From the sequence record OP172786: a DNA stretch of 64,000 nucleotides; one strand, 5' to 3'. The position numbers were made by a program, and so were the translations under genes. Position 1 is the stretch's first letter. Each line of letters starts with the position of its first letter. The stretch is from Escherichia phage ECO07P3. Below are positions 45,348-56,319 of the stretch, piece after piece. The notes beneath the pieces are model-generated. The model did not search any database, was not told the origin of the DNA, and saw only the letters and a list, made by a program, of their open reading frames with translations.

Positions 45348-46631
45348 ATGGCTAAAATCAACGAACTTCTGCGCGAATCAACCACAACGAATAGCAACTC
45401 AATCGGTCGCCCAAATCTCGTTGCTTTGACTCGCGCTACCACTAAATTAATATATTCTGACATTGTAGCAACGCAAAGAACTAATCAACCTGTTGCTGCT
45501 TTTTATGGTATCAAATACCTTAACCCAGATAACGAATTTACGTTTAAAACTGGTGCTACTTACGCTGGAGAAGCTGGATATGTAGACCGAGAACAAATCA
45601 CAGAATTAACAGAAGAGTCTAAATTAACTCTCAATAAAGGCGATTTATTCAAATATAATAACATCGTTTATAAAGTATTAGAAGATACACCATTTGCTGA
45701 TATTGAAGAAAGCGATTTAGAATTAGCTCTTCAGATTGCAATCGTTCTTTTAAAGGTTCGTCTATTTTCTGATGCTGCAGTAACAAGCAAATTTGAAAGC
45801 TCTGATAGCGAAATTGCTGATGCTAGATTCCAGATTAATAAATGGCAAACCGCAGTTAAATCTCGTAAACTTAAAACTGGCATCACGGTTGAATTAGCAC
45901 AAGATTTAGAAGCAAATGGATTCGATGCTCCTAATTTCTTGGAAGATTTGCTTGCAACTGAAATGGCAGATGAAATTAATAAAGATATTCTACAGTCTTT
46001 GATTACAGTGTCAAAACGCTATAAAGTTACAGGAATTACTGATACTGGATTCATTGATTTGAGTTATGCATCTGCACCTGAAGCTGGTCGTTCATTATAC
46101 CGAATGGTGTGTGAAATGGTTTCGCATATCCAAAAAGAATCAACTTATACTGCAACGTTCTGTGTTGCTTCAGCTCGTGCCGCTGCGATTCTTGCTGCAT
46201 CAGGTTGGTTAAAACATAAACCAGAAGATGACAAATATCTTTCACAAAATGCCTACGGGTTCTTAGCTAATGGTTTACCGCTTTATTGCGATACTAACAG
46301 CCCATTAGATTATGTAATCGTTGGTGTAGTAGAAAATATCGGTGAAAAAGAAATCGTCGGATCAATTTTCTATGCTCCGTATACAGAAGGTCTTGACTTA
46401 GATGACCCTGAACATGTAGGTGCATTTAAAGTTGTAGTCGATCCAGAAAGTTTGCAGCCATCTATCGGTTTATTAGTTAGATATGCTTTATCTGCAAATC
46501 CTTACACTGTAGCAAAAGATGAAAAAGAAGCAAGAATAATTGATGGTGGAGACATGGATAAAATGGCGGGTCGTTCAGATTTGTCTGTTTTATTAGGTGT
46601 TAAACTGCCAAAAATTATCGTTGATGAATAA
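45348..46631 (+). CDS. 24: gp24 capsid vertex protein
   Basis: 427 aa; gene order. Confidence 0.95.
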   Translation: MAKINELLRESTTTNSNSIGRPNLVALTRATTKLIYSDIVATQRTNQPVAAFYGIKYLNPDNEFTFKTGATYAGEAGYVDREQITELTEESKLTLNKGDLFKYNNIVYKVLEDTPFADIEESDLELALQIAIVLLKVRLFSDAAVTSKFESSDSEIADARFQINKWQTAVKSRKLKTGITVELAQDLEANGFDAPNFLEDLLATEMADEINKDILQSLITVSKRYKVTGITDTGFIDLSYASAPEAGRSLYRMVCEMVSHIQKESTYTATFCVASARAAAILAASGWLKHKPEDDKYLSQNAYGFLANGLPLYCDTNSPLDYVIVGVVENIGEKEIVGSIFYAPYTEGLDLDDPEHVGAFKVVVDPESLQPSIGLLVRYALSANPYTVAKDEKEARIIDGGDMDKMAGRSDLSVLLGVKLPKIIVDE

Positions 46632-46660
46632 AACAAAGGGACCGAAAGGTCCCTTTTTAT
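46631..46660. terminator. Bidirectional rho-independent terminator between gene 24 and rnlB
   Basis: gggaccGAAAggtccc flanked by an A-tract upstream and T-tract downstream. Confidence 0.65.
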
Positions 46661-47665
46661 TTAACTTACCAATTCAATCCAAGCCGGACGAAGCACATCT
46701 TGTACCATTTTAACTAATTCCTTTTTAATCAAAGAAGGATTATCTGCTTGAGTTAGAGTAATACCTTCACGAGAAGTTTCTTCCAAAATATCTTGAACAG
46801 TTAGCCCCATCACCTTTCCAAAATCTTTTGGACCAATTTCGCCAATTTTAGAAATAACGTTATTTACTCGGTTCAGTGTAACGTAGCAAGCTAAAATTCC
46901 CAGCAATTTATTATCAGCTTCTGACAGCTCAACTTTAGCTTTAATAGGCTTATCAGACTTTTTCTTTTCGCTAAATTTAGAGTTCTTGCATTTGATGGCT
47001 ACGCGATTGCCATTAGGCATCCAAGAAGGATAACAAGGTTTCAATACATATCCTTCAGCAGTAAATACTTCGCCTTTTGCTTCTGCATTCCAAACGCATT
47101 TATTTGCATCAACTAATCCAGCATGGTCTACTGTAAAATTATAATCCTGGACAACAGAATCTAAATCGTTTGGCAATTTAATAAGCTCTTCAAATTTACC
47201 GCGACCTAAAAGTGGAGCCATTTTAAATTTAAATGTATTGCAGAATGATTCCATCATATAATCATCGACATAAGTTACATCACCACTTTCTGTAGTAACA
47301 ATAATGTCAAATACATAAAAATCTTTATCACCATAATCAACATTCTTCTGAATGCCAGGTCCAGCGAATTCGCCGAAGACTTGATAAGATACAACTGCCG
47401 AAGTTTCCATAATATCTTGTACAGCTTTAATGGAATCAGCGTAATTCTTTAGAATAATTTCATACCCAAAGAAATCTTCAGCAGGAAGAATAGGACCAGT
47501 ACGTTTAGCACAAGTTACTTTATCACGCTCAATAATCAATGAAAAGTTTGTACCATGAATCTTTTCACGAGCTACCCATTCGCCGCCAGTCAATCCTAAA
47601 CTGTAGAGTTTTTCAATGAATTTAGAATTGTAATGATTTTCAAGACTGCTATACTTTTTAAACAT
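46661..47665 (-). CDS. rnlB: RNA ligase 2 (Rnl2)
   Basis: 334 aa; nucleotidyltransferase motif I KIHGTN; same length as T4 Rnl2. Confidence 0.9.
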   Translation of the reverse strand: MFKKYSSLENHYNSKFIEKLYSLGLTGGEWVAREKIHGTNFSLIIERDKVTCAKRTGPILPAEDFFGYEIILKNYADSIKAVQDIMETSAVVSYQVFGEFAGPGIQKNVDYGDKDFYVFDIIVTTESGDVTYVDDYMMESFCNTFKFKMAPLLGRGKFEELIKLPNDLDSVVQDYNFTVDHAGLVDANKCVWNAEAKGEVFTAEGYVLKPCYPSWMPNGNRVAIKCKNSKFSEKKKSDKPIKAKVELSEADNKLLGILACYVTLNRVNNVISKIGEIGPKDFGKVMGLTVQDILEETSREGITLTQADNPSLIKKELVKMVQDVLRPAWIELVS

Positions 47666-47674
47666 AATTAATCC

Positions 47675-47953
47675 TCAAAATGTAATTTCTAACCAATCAC
47701 CATCACGCTGATCACTATTGACTTTAAAGCTAAATCCTTCTTTTCTCAGCCAATCACCAATTTCTTCAGTAATCAATTTATCGCGAGCAGTACAATAATA
47801 ACTAAAATATGTTTTACCTTGTTCAGCTGCTTTATTAGCAAGTTCCGAAAAATCTTTAATAAAACACTCTAGTTTAAACTGTTTACTTTTAAGTGCTTTT
47901 TCGCGTAATTGATTAGCAAAAGATTCATTTTCATAAAGATCATACTGTTCCAT
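47675..47953 (-). CDS. Hypothetical protein (92 aa)
   Basis: ORF between hoc and rnlB; no recognisable domain. Confidence 0.45.
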   Translation of the reverse strand: MEQYDLYENESFANQLREKALKSKQFKLECFIKDFSELANKAAEQGKTYFSYYCTARDKLITEEIGDWLRKEGFSFKVNSDQRDGDWLEITF

Positions 47954-48155
47954 TTTTCACCTTTTTATTAATATGTCTTTTTCTATAGACAACTTTTTCT
48001 CGAGTCTCAAATTTATTCTTAGCAGTCATAGCTCGAGCCCACAATACAGCCACTTCTTTCGCCTGCAAGTTCAATTCACGAGCAATTTCAATGAATGACT
48101 TTCCAGACTCATGAAGAGTAAACACCACAACCTCAGTTCTCATAATCAATCTCAT
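47940..48155 (-). CDS. Small helix-turn-helix protein (71 aa)
   Basis: HTH-like segment SGKSFIEIARELNLQAKEV. Confidence 0.45.
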   Translation of the reverse strand: MRLIMRTEVVVFTLHESGKSFIEIARELNLQAKEVAVLWARAMTAKNKFETREKVVYRKRHINKKVKNGTV

Positions 48156-48223
48156 GTTATCGAGTTGATGCCATTATATACAACGTTTTCTGATTGTGTT
48201 TTGCGTGCTTTCAAAATGAAGAA

Positions 48224-48239
48224 AGGGGCCGAAGCCCCT
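48224..48239 (-). terminator. Stem-loop/terminator downstream of hoc (aggggccGAAgcccct)
   Basis: Perfect GC hairpin just 3' of the hoc stop on the minus strand. Confidence 0.5.
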
Positions 48240-48244
48240 TATGA

Positions 48245-49375
48245 TTATGGATAGGTATAGATGATACCAGTTTCTAAAGCAGTTTTATGAATGATGTATC
48301 CATTACGTGATTCTTGAACATCAACTTCTGGATAGTCTTTCATCATCTTCTGAAGAGTGTAACGATGCAAGTAGTACTTACTATCTGGGTCGTCAGTTTT
48401 CCAATCTTTACCTTCTTCAGTCATTTTTTGGATTTCATCCATAACCCACCAACCACACCAGATGTAAGCTGAAGTGCGATGTGGAAGAGGATGAACATAA
48501 GGTAATTCACCTTCTGGTTCCGGAGCAACTTTATCAGTCACTTGAACTTGACCTTCTGCTGTAATAGTTTTGCTATCATAATCAGTAGCGGTAACAGTTG
48601 CAGTAACTTCAATAGTTTGACTTCCAATAGATGATGTATCAACGGTGTATACGTTAGTTGACCCTTCTACAGGAGAAGAATCTTTCTTCCATGAATATTC
48701 GATTTGCGCTTCTTCAGGAGCATCAGTGACATTAGCAGTAAATGTAGCCGAAGCATCTTGCTGAACATTAATAGAAGGAGGAGTCAATGTAACCTGTGGA
48801 TTCATTGTCTTCTTATTAACAGTCAGTGATACTTCATTAGAAGTAACTTCCTTTGCATCATAATCTGTCGCTGTTACTTGAGCTACGCATTTAATTCTTT
48901 TTACTCCACTTGTAGTTGGAGTATAGCTAAATGTAGCGGAAGTTGCTTCACTAACAGGAGAATCATCTACATACCACTGATACGTAGCAGACGCTCCAAC
49001 TGGTTGAGAAGCTAAAGCAGCAGTAAATTCAACAGGAGTTCCAATCACTCCAGCAGCAGGACTATCAGGAGTTACAGCTAAGGTAGTCGTTTGTGTCTTA
49101 TTTTGAACTGTGATAGTTGTAGTAGCTTCTGCTGTTTCAGCTTCAGCTTCTGGAACTGTATTTGTTGCAACTACTTTAATAGTCTTTTGACCGGCAGGTC
49201 CTTTTAGTACATAACTAAAAGTTGCTTCAGCTCCATCTTGTGGAACATCATCTACAGTCCAAGCATAGGTAATAGTTCCGCCTCCAGTTTCACCACTGGG
49301 TGTAGCAGTAAACTGCTGAGTCTGATCTATAACTCCAGTAGGTGTTTTAGGAGTTATATCAACTGTAAAAGCCAT
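48245..49375 (-). CDS. hoc: Hoc (highly immunogenic outer capsid protein)
   Basis: 376 aa, same as T4 Hoc; repeated Thr/Val-rich Ig-like modules. Confidence 0.9.
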   Translation of the reverse strand: MAFTVDITPKTPTGVIDQTQQFTATPSGETGGGTITYAWTVDDVPQDGAEATFSYVLKGPAGQKTIKVVATNTVPEAEAETAEATTTITVQNKTQTTTLAVTPDSPAAGVIGTPVEFTAALASQPVGASATYQWYVDDSPVSEATSATFSYTPTTSGVKRIKCVAQVTATDYDAKEVTSNEVSLTVNKKTMNPQVTLTPPSINVQQDASATFTANVTDAPEEAQIEYSWKKDSSPVEGSTNVYTVDTSSIGSQTIEVTATVTATDYDSKTITAEGQVQVTDKVAPEPEGELPYVHPLPHRTSAYIWCGWWVMDEIQKMTEEGKDWKTDDPDSKYYLHRYTLQKMMKDYPEVDVQESRNGYIIHKTALETGIIYTYP

Positions 49376-49384
49376 AAGTTATCC

Positions 49385-50065
49385 TTATTTTAATGTCACG
49401 AAAGAAGAGTTGCGTGTTTCACGAATTAAAACTGATCCGTCACGGTTAATGTAATAAATTAAGCTAAATAAAGTTTGGTGTGCTGACGCGTGTTCAAAAC
49501 TAGTTGGGTGAGATTTCCAATCCGGAGTTTCAGCAATCCATTGATAAATCCACCAAGGAACAGTACAGAATCCTGGATTTTTTCCAATCAGCTGAAGATT
49601 CGGACTAAAGTTTTCCGGAAGAGTAAATACAGACGGCTTTTCAGATTCAATAATCTCAGCTACGGCCTGCTCGAATTTTTCTTCAACAAAAGGAGTATCT
49701 TCAATCAAAACATCAGTATTTTCAGGAATTTTATCCTTTTCTACTACTTCAATTTTAATGTCAGATTTAACCGGAGAATCAATCAGAAGTGCTGCTTCTG
49801 GATTGACTTCTTCATCGTCATATTTTAATCCTTCTGCAGCATCAGCAGCATTGATTAAGTCTTTAATAGATAACCCATCAGTCTCTGGCATAGGTTCGCT
49901 AGCGAGCTTCTGGAGGGCTTCTTCAATATCAACAACGATATTATCAAAAGATTTATTCTTTTTGACCTTTATACCAAACTGTTCAGCATATTCAGCTAAT
50001 TTAGCCTTAGCTTCTTTATTATCATCAAGAGCCTTCAGCTCTGCAATATAATCTTTATCTATCAT
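49385..50065 (-). CDS. inh: Inh (inhibitor of prohead protease gp21)
   Basis: 226 aa; position between hoc and uvsW as in T4. Confidence 0.8.
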   Translation of the reverse strand: MIDKDYIAELKALDDNKEAKAKLAEYAEQFGIKVKKNKSFDNIVVDIEEALQKLASEPMPETDGLSIKDLINAADAAEGLKYDDEEVNPEAALLIDSPVKSDIKIEVVEKDKIPENTDVLIEDTPFVEEKFEQAVAEIIESEKPSVFTLPENFSPNLQLIGKNPGFCTVPWWIYQWIAETPDWKSHPTSFEHASAHQTLFSLIYYINRDGSVLIRETRNSSFVTLK

Positions 50066-50078
50066 AATATTTCCTCAG

Positions 50079-50086
50079 TATAAATA
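50079..50086 (+). promoter_or_regulatory. Late promoter TATAAATA upstream of uvsW
   Basis: Exact consensus about 30 nt upstream of the uvsW ATG. Confidence 0.5.
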
Positions 50087-50115
50087 TAGATATATTTATT
50101 ACATGGTATTTAGAC

Positions 50116-51627
50116 ATGACTGACATTAAAGTACATTTTTATGATTTTAGTCACGTGAGAATTGATTGTGAAGAAAGTGCATTTCATGAACTCCGTGATT
50201 TCTTTAGCTTTGAAGCTGATGGGTATCGTTTTAATCCGAAGTACAAATATGGTCATTGGGATGGGCGAATCCGTCTTTTAGATTATAATCGACTTCTTCC
50301 ATTCGGCTTAGTCGGGCAAATTAAAAAGTTCTGTGATAACTTTGGCTATAAAGCCTGGATTGACCCGCAGATTAACGAAAAAGAAGAATTATCAAGAAAA
50401 GATTTTGATGAATGGCTTTCTAAATTAGAAATCTATTCAGGAAATAAAAGAATTGAACCGCACTGGTATCAAAAAGATGCAGTGTTCGAAGGATTAGTTA
50501 ATCGTCGTAGAATTCTTAATCTTCCAACATCCGCAGGTAAATCTTTAATTCAAGCTTTGCTTGCACGTTATTATTTGGAAAATTATGAAGGTAAAATTCT
50601 TATCATTGTTCCAACAACTGCTCTGACAACTCAGATGGCTGATGACTTTGTTGACTATCGTTTATTCAGTCATGCAATGATAAAGAAAATCGGTGGTGGA
50701 GCATCAAAAGATGATAAATATAAAAATGATGCACCAGTCGTTGTTGGTACATGGCAAACTGTAGTAAAACAACCGAAAGAATGGTTCTCACAGTTTGGAA
50801 TGATGATGAATGATGAATGCCATCTTGCTACAGGAAAAAGTATTTCATCTATCATATCAGGTTTAAATAACTGTATGTTTAAATTTGGTTTGTCCGGTTC
50901 ATTGCGCGATGGCAAAGCTAATATCATGCAGTATGTTGGAATGTTTGGTGAAATATTTAAGCCAGTAACGACTTCTAAATTAATGGAAGATGGACAAGTA
51001 ACTGAGTTAAAAATTAATAGTATTTTTCTTCGCTATCCTGATGAGTTCACTACTAAATTAAAGGGAAAAACTTACCAAGAAGAAATAAAAATTATTACTG
51101 GGCTCAGTAAAAGAAATAAATGGATCGCTAAATTAGCTATTAAACTTGCACAAAAAGATGAAAACGCTTTTGTCATGTTTAAACACGTATCGCACGGTAA
51201 AGCTATTTTCGATTTAATTAAAAATGAATACGATAAAGTTTATTACGTATCAGGGGAAGTTGATACCGAAACACGCAACGTAATGAAAACCCTAGCTGAA
51301 AACGGTAAAGGAATAATTATAGTAGCTAGTTATGGTGTATTTTCTACTGGTATTTCAGTTAAAAATCTGCATCACGTTGTTTTAGCGCACGGTGTTAAAT
51401 CTAAAATTATTGTATTGCAAACAATAGGTCGCGTATTACGTAAGCATGGTTCTAAAACAATCGCAACAGTCTGGGACCTCATAGATGATTGCGGTGTTAA
51501 GCCAAAATCTGCTAATACGAAAAAGAAATACGTTCATTTGAACTATCTTTTAAAACATGGCATTGATCGTATTCAGCGCTACGCAGATGAAAAATTTAAT
51601 TACGTAATGAAAACAGTTAATTTATAA
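50116..51627 (+). CDS. uvsW: UvsW SF2 DNA/RNA helicase
   Basis: 503 aa; Walker A PTSAGKS, DEAD-box-like MMNDECH; gene order. Confidence 0.9.
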   Translation: MTDIKVHFYDFSHVRIDCEESAFHELRDFFSFEADGYRFNPKYKYGHWDGRIRLLDYNRLLPFGLVGQIKKFCDNFGYKAWIDPQINEKEELSRKDFDEWLSKLEIYSGNKRIEPHWYQKDAVFEGLVNRRRILNLPTSAGKSLIQALLARYYLENYEGKILIIVPTTALTTQMADDFVDYRLFSHAMIKKIGGGASKDDKYKNDAPVVVGTWQTVVKQPKEWFSQFGMMMNDECHLATGKSISSIISGLNNCMFKFGLSGSLRDGKANIMQYVGMFGEIFKPVTTSKLMEDGQVTELKINSIFLRYPDEFTTKLKGKTYQEEIKIITGLSKRNKWIAKLAIKLAQKDENAFVMFKHVSHGKAIFDLIKNEYDKVYYVSGEVDTETRNVMKTLAENGKGIIIVASYGVFSTGISVKNLHHVVLAHGVKSKIIVLQTIGRVLRKHGSKTIATVWDLIDDCGVKPKSANTKKKYVHLNYLLKHGIDRIQRYADEKFNYVMKTVNL

Positions 51628-51639
51628 GGGCTTCGGCCC
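51628..51639 (+). terminator. Stem-loop (gggcTTCGgccc) between uvsW and uvsW.1
   Basis: Perfect GC stem with UUCG tetraloop. Confidence 0.35.
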
Positions 51640-51640
51640 T

Positions 51641-51883
51641 TTGGAGAAAAAGATGTTACTAGAATTTAAACAATTTCTTTATGAAGCTTCTATTGATGAA
51701 TTTATGGGTAAAATTGCCTCTTGTCAAACATTAGAAGGTTTAGAAGAACTTGAAGCTTATTACAAGAAAAGAGTTAAAGAAACTGAATTAAAAGATACTG
51801 ATGACATCTCTGTGAGAGATGCTTTGGCAGGAAAAAGAGCTGAATTAGAAGATTCAGACGATGAAGTAGAAGAAAGCTTTTAA
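51641..51883 (+). CDS. uvsW.1: UvsW.1 small acidic protein
   Basis: 80 aa ORF immediately downstream of uvsW, as in T4. Confidence 0.75.
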   Translation: MEKKMLLEFKQFLYEASIDEFMGKIASCQTLEGLEELEAYYKKRVKETELKDTDDISVRDALAGKRAELEDSDDEVEESF

Positions 51884-51938
51884 ATTAAAAAAGGCCCAAC
51901 CAAAAAGGAAGGGCCAAAACTATAGACTAAAGGTCACA

Positions 51939-52106
51939 CTATAGCAAAAGTTGTGTTTCATTTAATTGTTCTTCCGAACTTTCTGAAACTGGTAGTTCTT
52001 TAATGTAATTATAACAAGGCCCAGGATGTACAGGACCTTTGTCTGTTTCAACAACCAATGCAGAATCGATTGGAGTTTTACAGACAACACAAATCTTATC
52101 TGACAT
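51939..52106 (-). CDS. Small Cys-containing protein (possible zinc ribbon; uvsY.-2 position)
   Basis: My own translation MSDKICVVCKTPIDSALVVETDKGPVHPGPCYNY...; GAGGAG RBS upstream; below the ORF-track cutoff; end coordinate approximate. Confidence 0.35.
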   Translation of the reverse strand: MSDKICVVCKTPIDSALVVETDKGPVHPGPCYNYIKELPVSESSEEQLNETQLLL

Positions 52107-52134
52107 GATTGTCTCCTCTAAATTATATATCTAT

Positions 52135-52362
52135 TTATATAACTCTCATATGCATATCAATGCCCATATCTTTAGAATAAAAATATTCATCAAGATATCC
52201 GGCAAATTTTCCTTTAACATAAAGTACATCTTCACCGCATGGATGGTCGGCCAGGATACGAATATCCTGACGCTTGAGATTATACTTTTTCATTAAGAAT
52301 TGAATTTCCGTTTCGAATTCTTCTTCTTCATAATTAAAAGCATCATCAATGCTATATTTCAT
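52135..52362 (-). CDS. Small acidic protein (uvsY.-1 position)
   Basis: 75 aa ORF directly downstream of uvsY. Confidence 0.55.
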   Translation of the reverse strand: MKYSIDDAFNYEEEEFETEIQFLMKKYNLKRQDIRILADHPCGEDVLYVKGKFAGYLDEYFYSKDMGIDMHMRVI

Positions 52363-52775
52363 TATTTTCCAGCCTCAAATGCTCGCATGTCTTGAATATG
52401 CTTAATAGCAAATCCACGTGATTTAATAGCATCAAGAGCTCCGCTACAAAAATCCAATAAAATTCCCCAATATTGTAATGAAGTATCAACTTTTAAAACA
52501 TCCTTATCAGCTGATAGAACTGTCTTCATTTCTGATTTCTCATAACGATCCATACTAAATTCATCACCATCTCCTCGTCCCGAGTAGTAGTCTAATTTAG
52601 CTTTAAGAGCAACTTTTTTCTGTGCGTCAATTCTAAGCATTTCCTTTTTAATACTTGAATGCTTATTAAGCCATTTACTATATAACATCACATTATTAGC
52701 TGCTTCATACTGTAATTTAGTCGAATCTATAAACACATCTTTCTTCAATTCTTCTTGAAGATCTTCTAATTTCAT
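52362..52775 (-). CDS. uvsY: UvsY recombination mediator
   Basis: 137 aa, same as T4 UvsY; gene order. Confidence 0.9.
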   Translation of the reverse strand: MKLEDLQEELKKDVFIDSTKLQYEAANNVMLYSKWLNKHSSIKKEMLRIDAQKKVALKAKLDYYSGRGDGDEFSMDRYEKSEMKTVLSADKDVLKVDTSLQYWGILLDFCSGALDAIKSRGFAIKHIQDMRAFEAGK

Positions 52776-52841
52776 ATTGTTCTCTATTCAATTGTTATTG
52801 GATGGACTTAGATTCATTATACCACGTTTATACGTGAAGCA

Positions 52842-53240
52842 TTATACTCTGTTACTGGAAGCCAGTTGCAATTTTATCTGCTCAATATCATCAGGGTTAT
52901 CGATGACCGAAAAGCGTATTTCTACTATCAGAGTATAATCATCATAAACCGGTATTACATTAACTGCTAATTTATCAATACGTGGCTCGTAGTTTCTTAC
53001 TGCGCTTTCAATGTTACGCTCAACAGTATCAGCAGTAAGAGGAGTCATATTCTCAAAAAGCTGATCAGATAAATCACATCCAAATTCCGGGTCAAATGGT
53101 CTCGACCCTTTTCTGGTTGTAATAATTCCTAAAAGGCTATTTTTAATTGACCTTAATCCAAGAGATCTAGAAACATCTTTGTCCCAATCCATTTTCATTT
53201 CTGGGTCAATGTCAGAATAAAGCTTATTAATATTTGCCAT
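52842..53240 (-). CDS. 25: gp25 baseplate wedge protein
   Basis: 132 aa; gene order. Confidence 0.9.
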   Translation of the reverse strand: MANINKLYSDIDPEMKMDWDKDVSRSLGLRSIKNSLLGIITTRKGSRPFDPEFGCDLSDQLFENMTPLTADTVERNIESAVRNYEPRIDKLAVNVIPVYDDYTLIVEIRFSVIDNPDDIEQIKLQLASSNRV

Positions 53241-53866
53241 TACAATAGCTCAAAGAATTCTTTGAGTCCTCTTATTACATGAGCGTGAGATTTTCCACAC
53301 TCTGGACATTTAATCGGAACAGCCAAATAAACAGTAGGCTTTAAAAGCATATCTTTTATAGCTACAATATCTGACTCTGTGATGATAGAATATAAATCTT
53401 CCAACTCTTTTTCATTCAAGTCTTCAATTGGAATGCTTTCACCGTTAGCATGAATCGTTTCTATACATGATACTATCATGTGGGCTATATTTTTATCATC
53501 AAAAATTTTAGGGTAATGGAACTTAATTTTAATGTCACCCAGTGTATACCAGAGGTCTTCTGGTGCATCTATTTGCGTATGTAATAGATTTATATGGGTT
53601 GGTATTTCAGTTCCACAGGTGCACTTCCAGGAGTTTTCGTGATTAACTTCTCCAAGAGAATGCGCCCATAAATGAATCAACAGTAGCTCTGATTCTTGAC
53701 GGTTTAAATCTTTTGCATTTGTACAGTCTTTAATTAGCTTTTTAACGATCTCTTCTACTGAACCGTTCTTTTTAGCAGTAATAAGTTCTAGATATTCTTT
53801 AAGAGTAAATGCACGACAGTTGATTATTTTAGAACCAACTCTCACGTCAAATTTGTATTCATACAT
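53240..53866 (-). CDS. 26: gp26 baseplate hub protein
   Basis: 208 aa; gene order. Confidence 0.85.
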   Translation of the reverse strand: MYEYKFDVRVGSKIINCRAFTLKEYLELITAKKNGSVEEIVKKLIKDCTNAKDLNRQESELLLIHLWAHSLGEVNHENSWKCTCGTEIPTHINLLHTQIDAPEDLWYTLGDIKIKFHYPKIFDDKNIAHMIVSCIETIHANGESIPIEDLNEKELEDLYSIITESDIVAIKDMLLKPTVYLAVPIKCPECGKSHAHVIRGLKEFFELL

Positions 53867-53887
53867 ATTTAGCTCCTTTATTTATCA

Positions 53888-53895
53888 TATTTATA
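53888..53895 (-). promoter_or_regulatory. Late promoter TATAAATA (minus strand) for genes 26-25
   Basis: Exact consensus on the minus strand, overlapping the divergent plus-strand late promoter. Confidence 0.5.
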
Positions 53896-53899
53896 AATA
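53892..53899 (+). promoter_or_regulatory. Late promoter TATAAATA for gene 51
   Basis: Exact consensus. Confidence 0.55.
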
Positions 53900-53916
53900 G
53901 AATAAAAGGAGCATCT

Positions 53917-54666
53917 ATGGCAAACATTATTCGTTGTAAATTACCAGATGGTGTTCATCGTTTTAAACCATTTACGGTAGAAGATTATCGAGATTTTTTG
54001 TTAGTTCGAAACGATATAGAACATCGATCACCACAAGAACAAAAAGAAATAATTGCTGATTTAATTGCTGATTATTTTGGAGACTATCCGAAGACTTGGC
54101 AACCATTTATATTTTTGCAGGTATTTGTAGGGTCAATAGGTAAAACTAAAGTACCAGTCACATTTGTGTGTCCAAAATGTAAAAAAGAAAAGACAGTTCC
54201 ATTTGAAATATATCAAAAAGAATTAAAGGAACCTGTTTTTGATGTAGCTAATGTTAAAATTAAATTAAAGTTTCCTTCTGAGTTTTATGAAAATAAAGCA
54301 AAGATGATTACTGAAAATATTCATTCTGTTCAAGTAGATGAAACATGGTATGATTGGAAGGAAATTAGCGAGTCCAGTCAAATAGAACTAGTTGACGCCA
54401 TCGAGATAGAAACACTAGAAAAAATTCTCGATGCAATGAATCCTATTAATTTAACATTGCATATGTCGTGTTGTAATAAGTATGTAAAAAAATACACTGA
54501 TATAGTAGATGTGTTTAAGCTATTAGTTAACCCAGATGAAATATTTACTTTTTATCAAATTAATCACACGCTCGTAAAAAGTAATTATAGCTTAAATTCA
54601 ATAATGAAAATGATTCCTGCCGAGCGCGGATTCGTATTAAAACTGATTGAGAAGGATAAACAATAA
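53917..54666 (+). CDS. 51: gp51 baseplate hub assembly catalyst
   Basis: 249 aa; gene order. Confidence 0.9.
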   Translation: MANIIRCKLPDGVHRFKPFTVEDYRDFLLVRNDIEHRSPQEQKEIIADLIADYFGDYPKTWQPFIFLQVFVGSIGKTKVPVTFVCPKCKKEKTVPFEIYQKELKEPVFDVANVKIKLKFPSEFYENKAKMITENIHSVQVDETWYDWKEISESSQIELVDAIEIETLEKILDAMNPINLTLHMSCCNKYVKKYTDIVDVFKLLVNPDEIFTFYQINHTLVKSNYSLNSIMKMIPAERGFVLKLIEKDKQ

Positions 54667-55841
54667 TGAGTATGCTGCAACGCCCAGGATATCCAAATCT
54701 CAGCGTTAAATTGTTTGATAGTTACGACGCTTGGAGTAATAATAGATTTGTTGAATTAGCTGCTACTATTACCACATTAACTATGCGGGATTCTCTTTAT
54801 GGCCGAAATGAAGGAATGCTGCAGTTTTATGATTCTAAAAATATCCATACAAAAATGGATGGAAATGAAATAATTCAGATTTCTGTAGCTAATGCAAACG
54901 ATATTAATAATGTTAAAACACGAATTTATGGATGTAAGCATTTTTCCGTGTCAGTAGATTCAAAGGGTGATAACATCATTGCTATTGAATTGGGAACTAT
55001 TCATTCTATAGAAAATCTTAAATTTGGCAGACCGTTTTTCCCTGATGCAGGTGAATCTATAAAGGAAATGCTTGGCGTCATTTATCAAGACCGCACATTA
55101 TTAACTCCAGCAATAAATGCTATAAATGCTTATGTTCCTGATATTCCATGGACTAGTACATTTGAAAATTATTTGTCCTATGTAAGAGAAGTTGGTCTAG
55201 CTGTAGGAAGCGACAAATTTGTATTTGTGTGGCAAGACATCATGGGAGTTAACATGATGGACTATGATATGATGATAAATCAAGAACCATATCCAATGAT
55301 TGTCGGTGAACCATCTTTAATAGGTCAATTCATCCAAGAATTAAAATATCCATTAGCATATGATTTTGTTTGGTTGACTAAATCGAATCCTCACAAACGT
55401 GACCCAATGAAAAACGCTACTATCTATGCGCATTCATTTTTAGATTCTTCAATACCAATGATTACTACAGGAAAGGGTGAAAACTCTATTGTAGTGTCAA
55501 GGTCAGGTGCTTATTCTGAAATGACTTATAGGAATGGATATGAAGAAGCTATTCGTCTTCAAACTATGGCACAATACGATGGCTATGCTAAATGTTCTAC
55601 TGTCGGTAATTTTAACTTGACTCCTGGCGTTAAAATTATTTTTAATGATAGTAAAAACCAATTTAAAACAGAATTTTACGTTGATGAAGTTATCCACGAA
55701 TTATCCAATAATAATTCAGTAACACATCTATATATGTTCACTAATGCAACGAAACTGGAAACAATAGACCCAGTTAAGGTTAAAAATGAATTTAAATCTG
55801 ATACTACCACTGAAGAAAGTAGTTCTTCCAATAAGCAATAA
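54666..55841 (+). CDS. 27: gp27 baseplate hub protein
   Basis: 391 aa; gene order. Confidence 0.9.
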   Translation: MSMLQRPGYPNLSVKLFDSYDAWSNNRFVELAATITTLTMRDSLYGRNEGMLQFYDSKNIHTKMDGNEIIQISVANANDINNVKTRIYGCKHFSVSVDSKGDNIIAIELGTIHSIENLKFGRPFFPDAGESIKEMLGVIYQDRTLLTPAINAINAYVPDIPWTSTFENYLSYVREVGLAVGSDKFVFVWQDIMGVNMMDYDMMINQEPYPMIVGEPSLIGQFIQELKYPLAYDFVWLTKSNPHKRDPMKNATIYAHSFLDSSIPMITTGKGENSIVVSRSGAYSEMTYRNGYEEAIRLQTMAQYDGYAKCSTVGNFNLTPGVKIIFNDSKNQFKTEFYVDEVIHELSNNNSVTHLYMFTNATKLETIDPVKVKNEFKSDTTTEESSSSNKQ

Positions 55842-56319
55842 AGAAGTTTCTATTCCTAAAATGGGTCTTAAACATTATAACATTTTAAAAGATGTTAAAG
55901 GTCCTGATGAAAATTTAAAACTTCTTATTGATTCTATTTGTCCGAATTTATCACCGGCAGAAGTTGATTTCGTTTCCATTCATTTATTGGAATTTAATGG
56001 AAAGATTAAATCTCGTAAAGAAATAGATGGTTATACTTATGACATTAATGATGTTTATGTATGCCAAAGATTAGAATTTCAATACCAAGGAAATACATTT
56101 TATTTTAGACCTCCTGGAAAATTTGAACAATTTTTAACTGTGAGCGATATGTTATCCAAATGCTTGCTTAAGGTCAATGATGAAGTTAAAGAAATTAATT
56201 TTCTTGAGATGCCAGCATTCGTTTTAAAATGGGCAAATGATATTTTTACAACTTTAGCAATTCCTGGCCCTAATGGTCCAATAACCGGAATTGGCAATAT
56301 TATTGGATTATTTGAATGA
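55786..56319 (+). CDS. 28: gp28 baseplate hub distal protein
   Basis: 177 aa; gene order. Confidence 0.85.
   Translation: MNLNLILPLKKVVLPISNKEVSIPKMGLKHYNILKDVKGPDENLKLLIDSICPNLSPAEVDFVSIHLLEFNGKIKSRKEIDGYTYDINDVYVCQRLEFQYQGNTFYFRPPGKFEQFLTVSDMLSKCLLKVNDEVKEINFLEMPAFVLKWANDIFTTLAIPGPNGPITGIGNIIGLFE

Noticed and set aside
49490-50051. Plus-strand ORFs 49490..49828 and 49758..50051
   Set aside because: Antisense to inh; Ser/Phe-rich low-complexity translations.
52039-52296. Plus-strand ORF of 85 aa
   Set aside because: Overlaps the minus-strand uvsY.-1 gene and the putative small Cys-containing ORF; AT-rich, no RBS.
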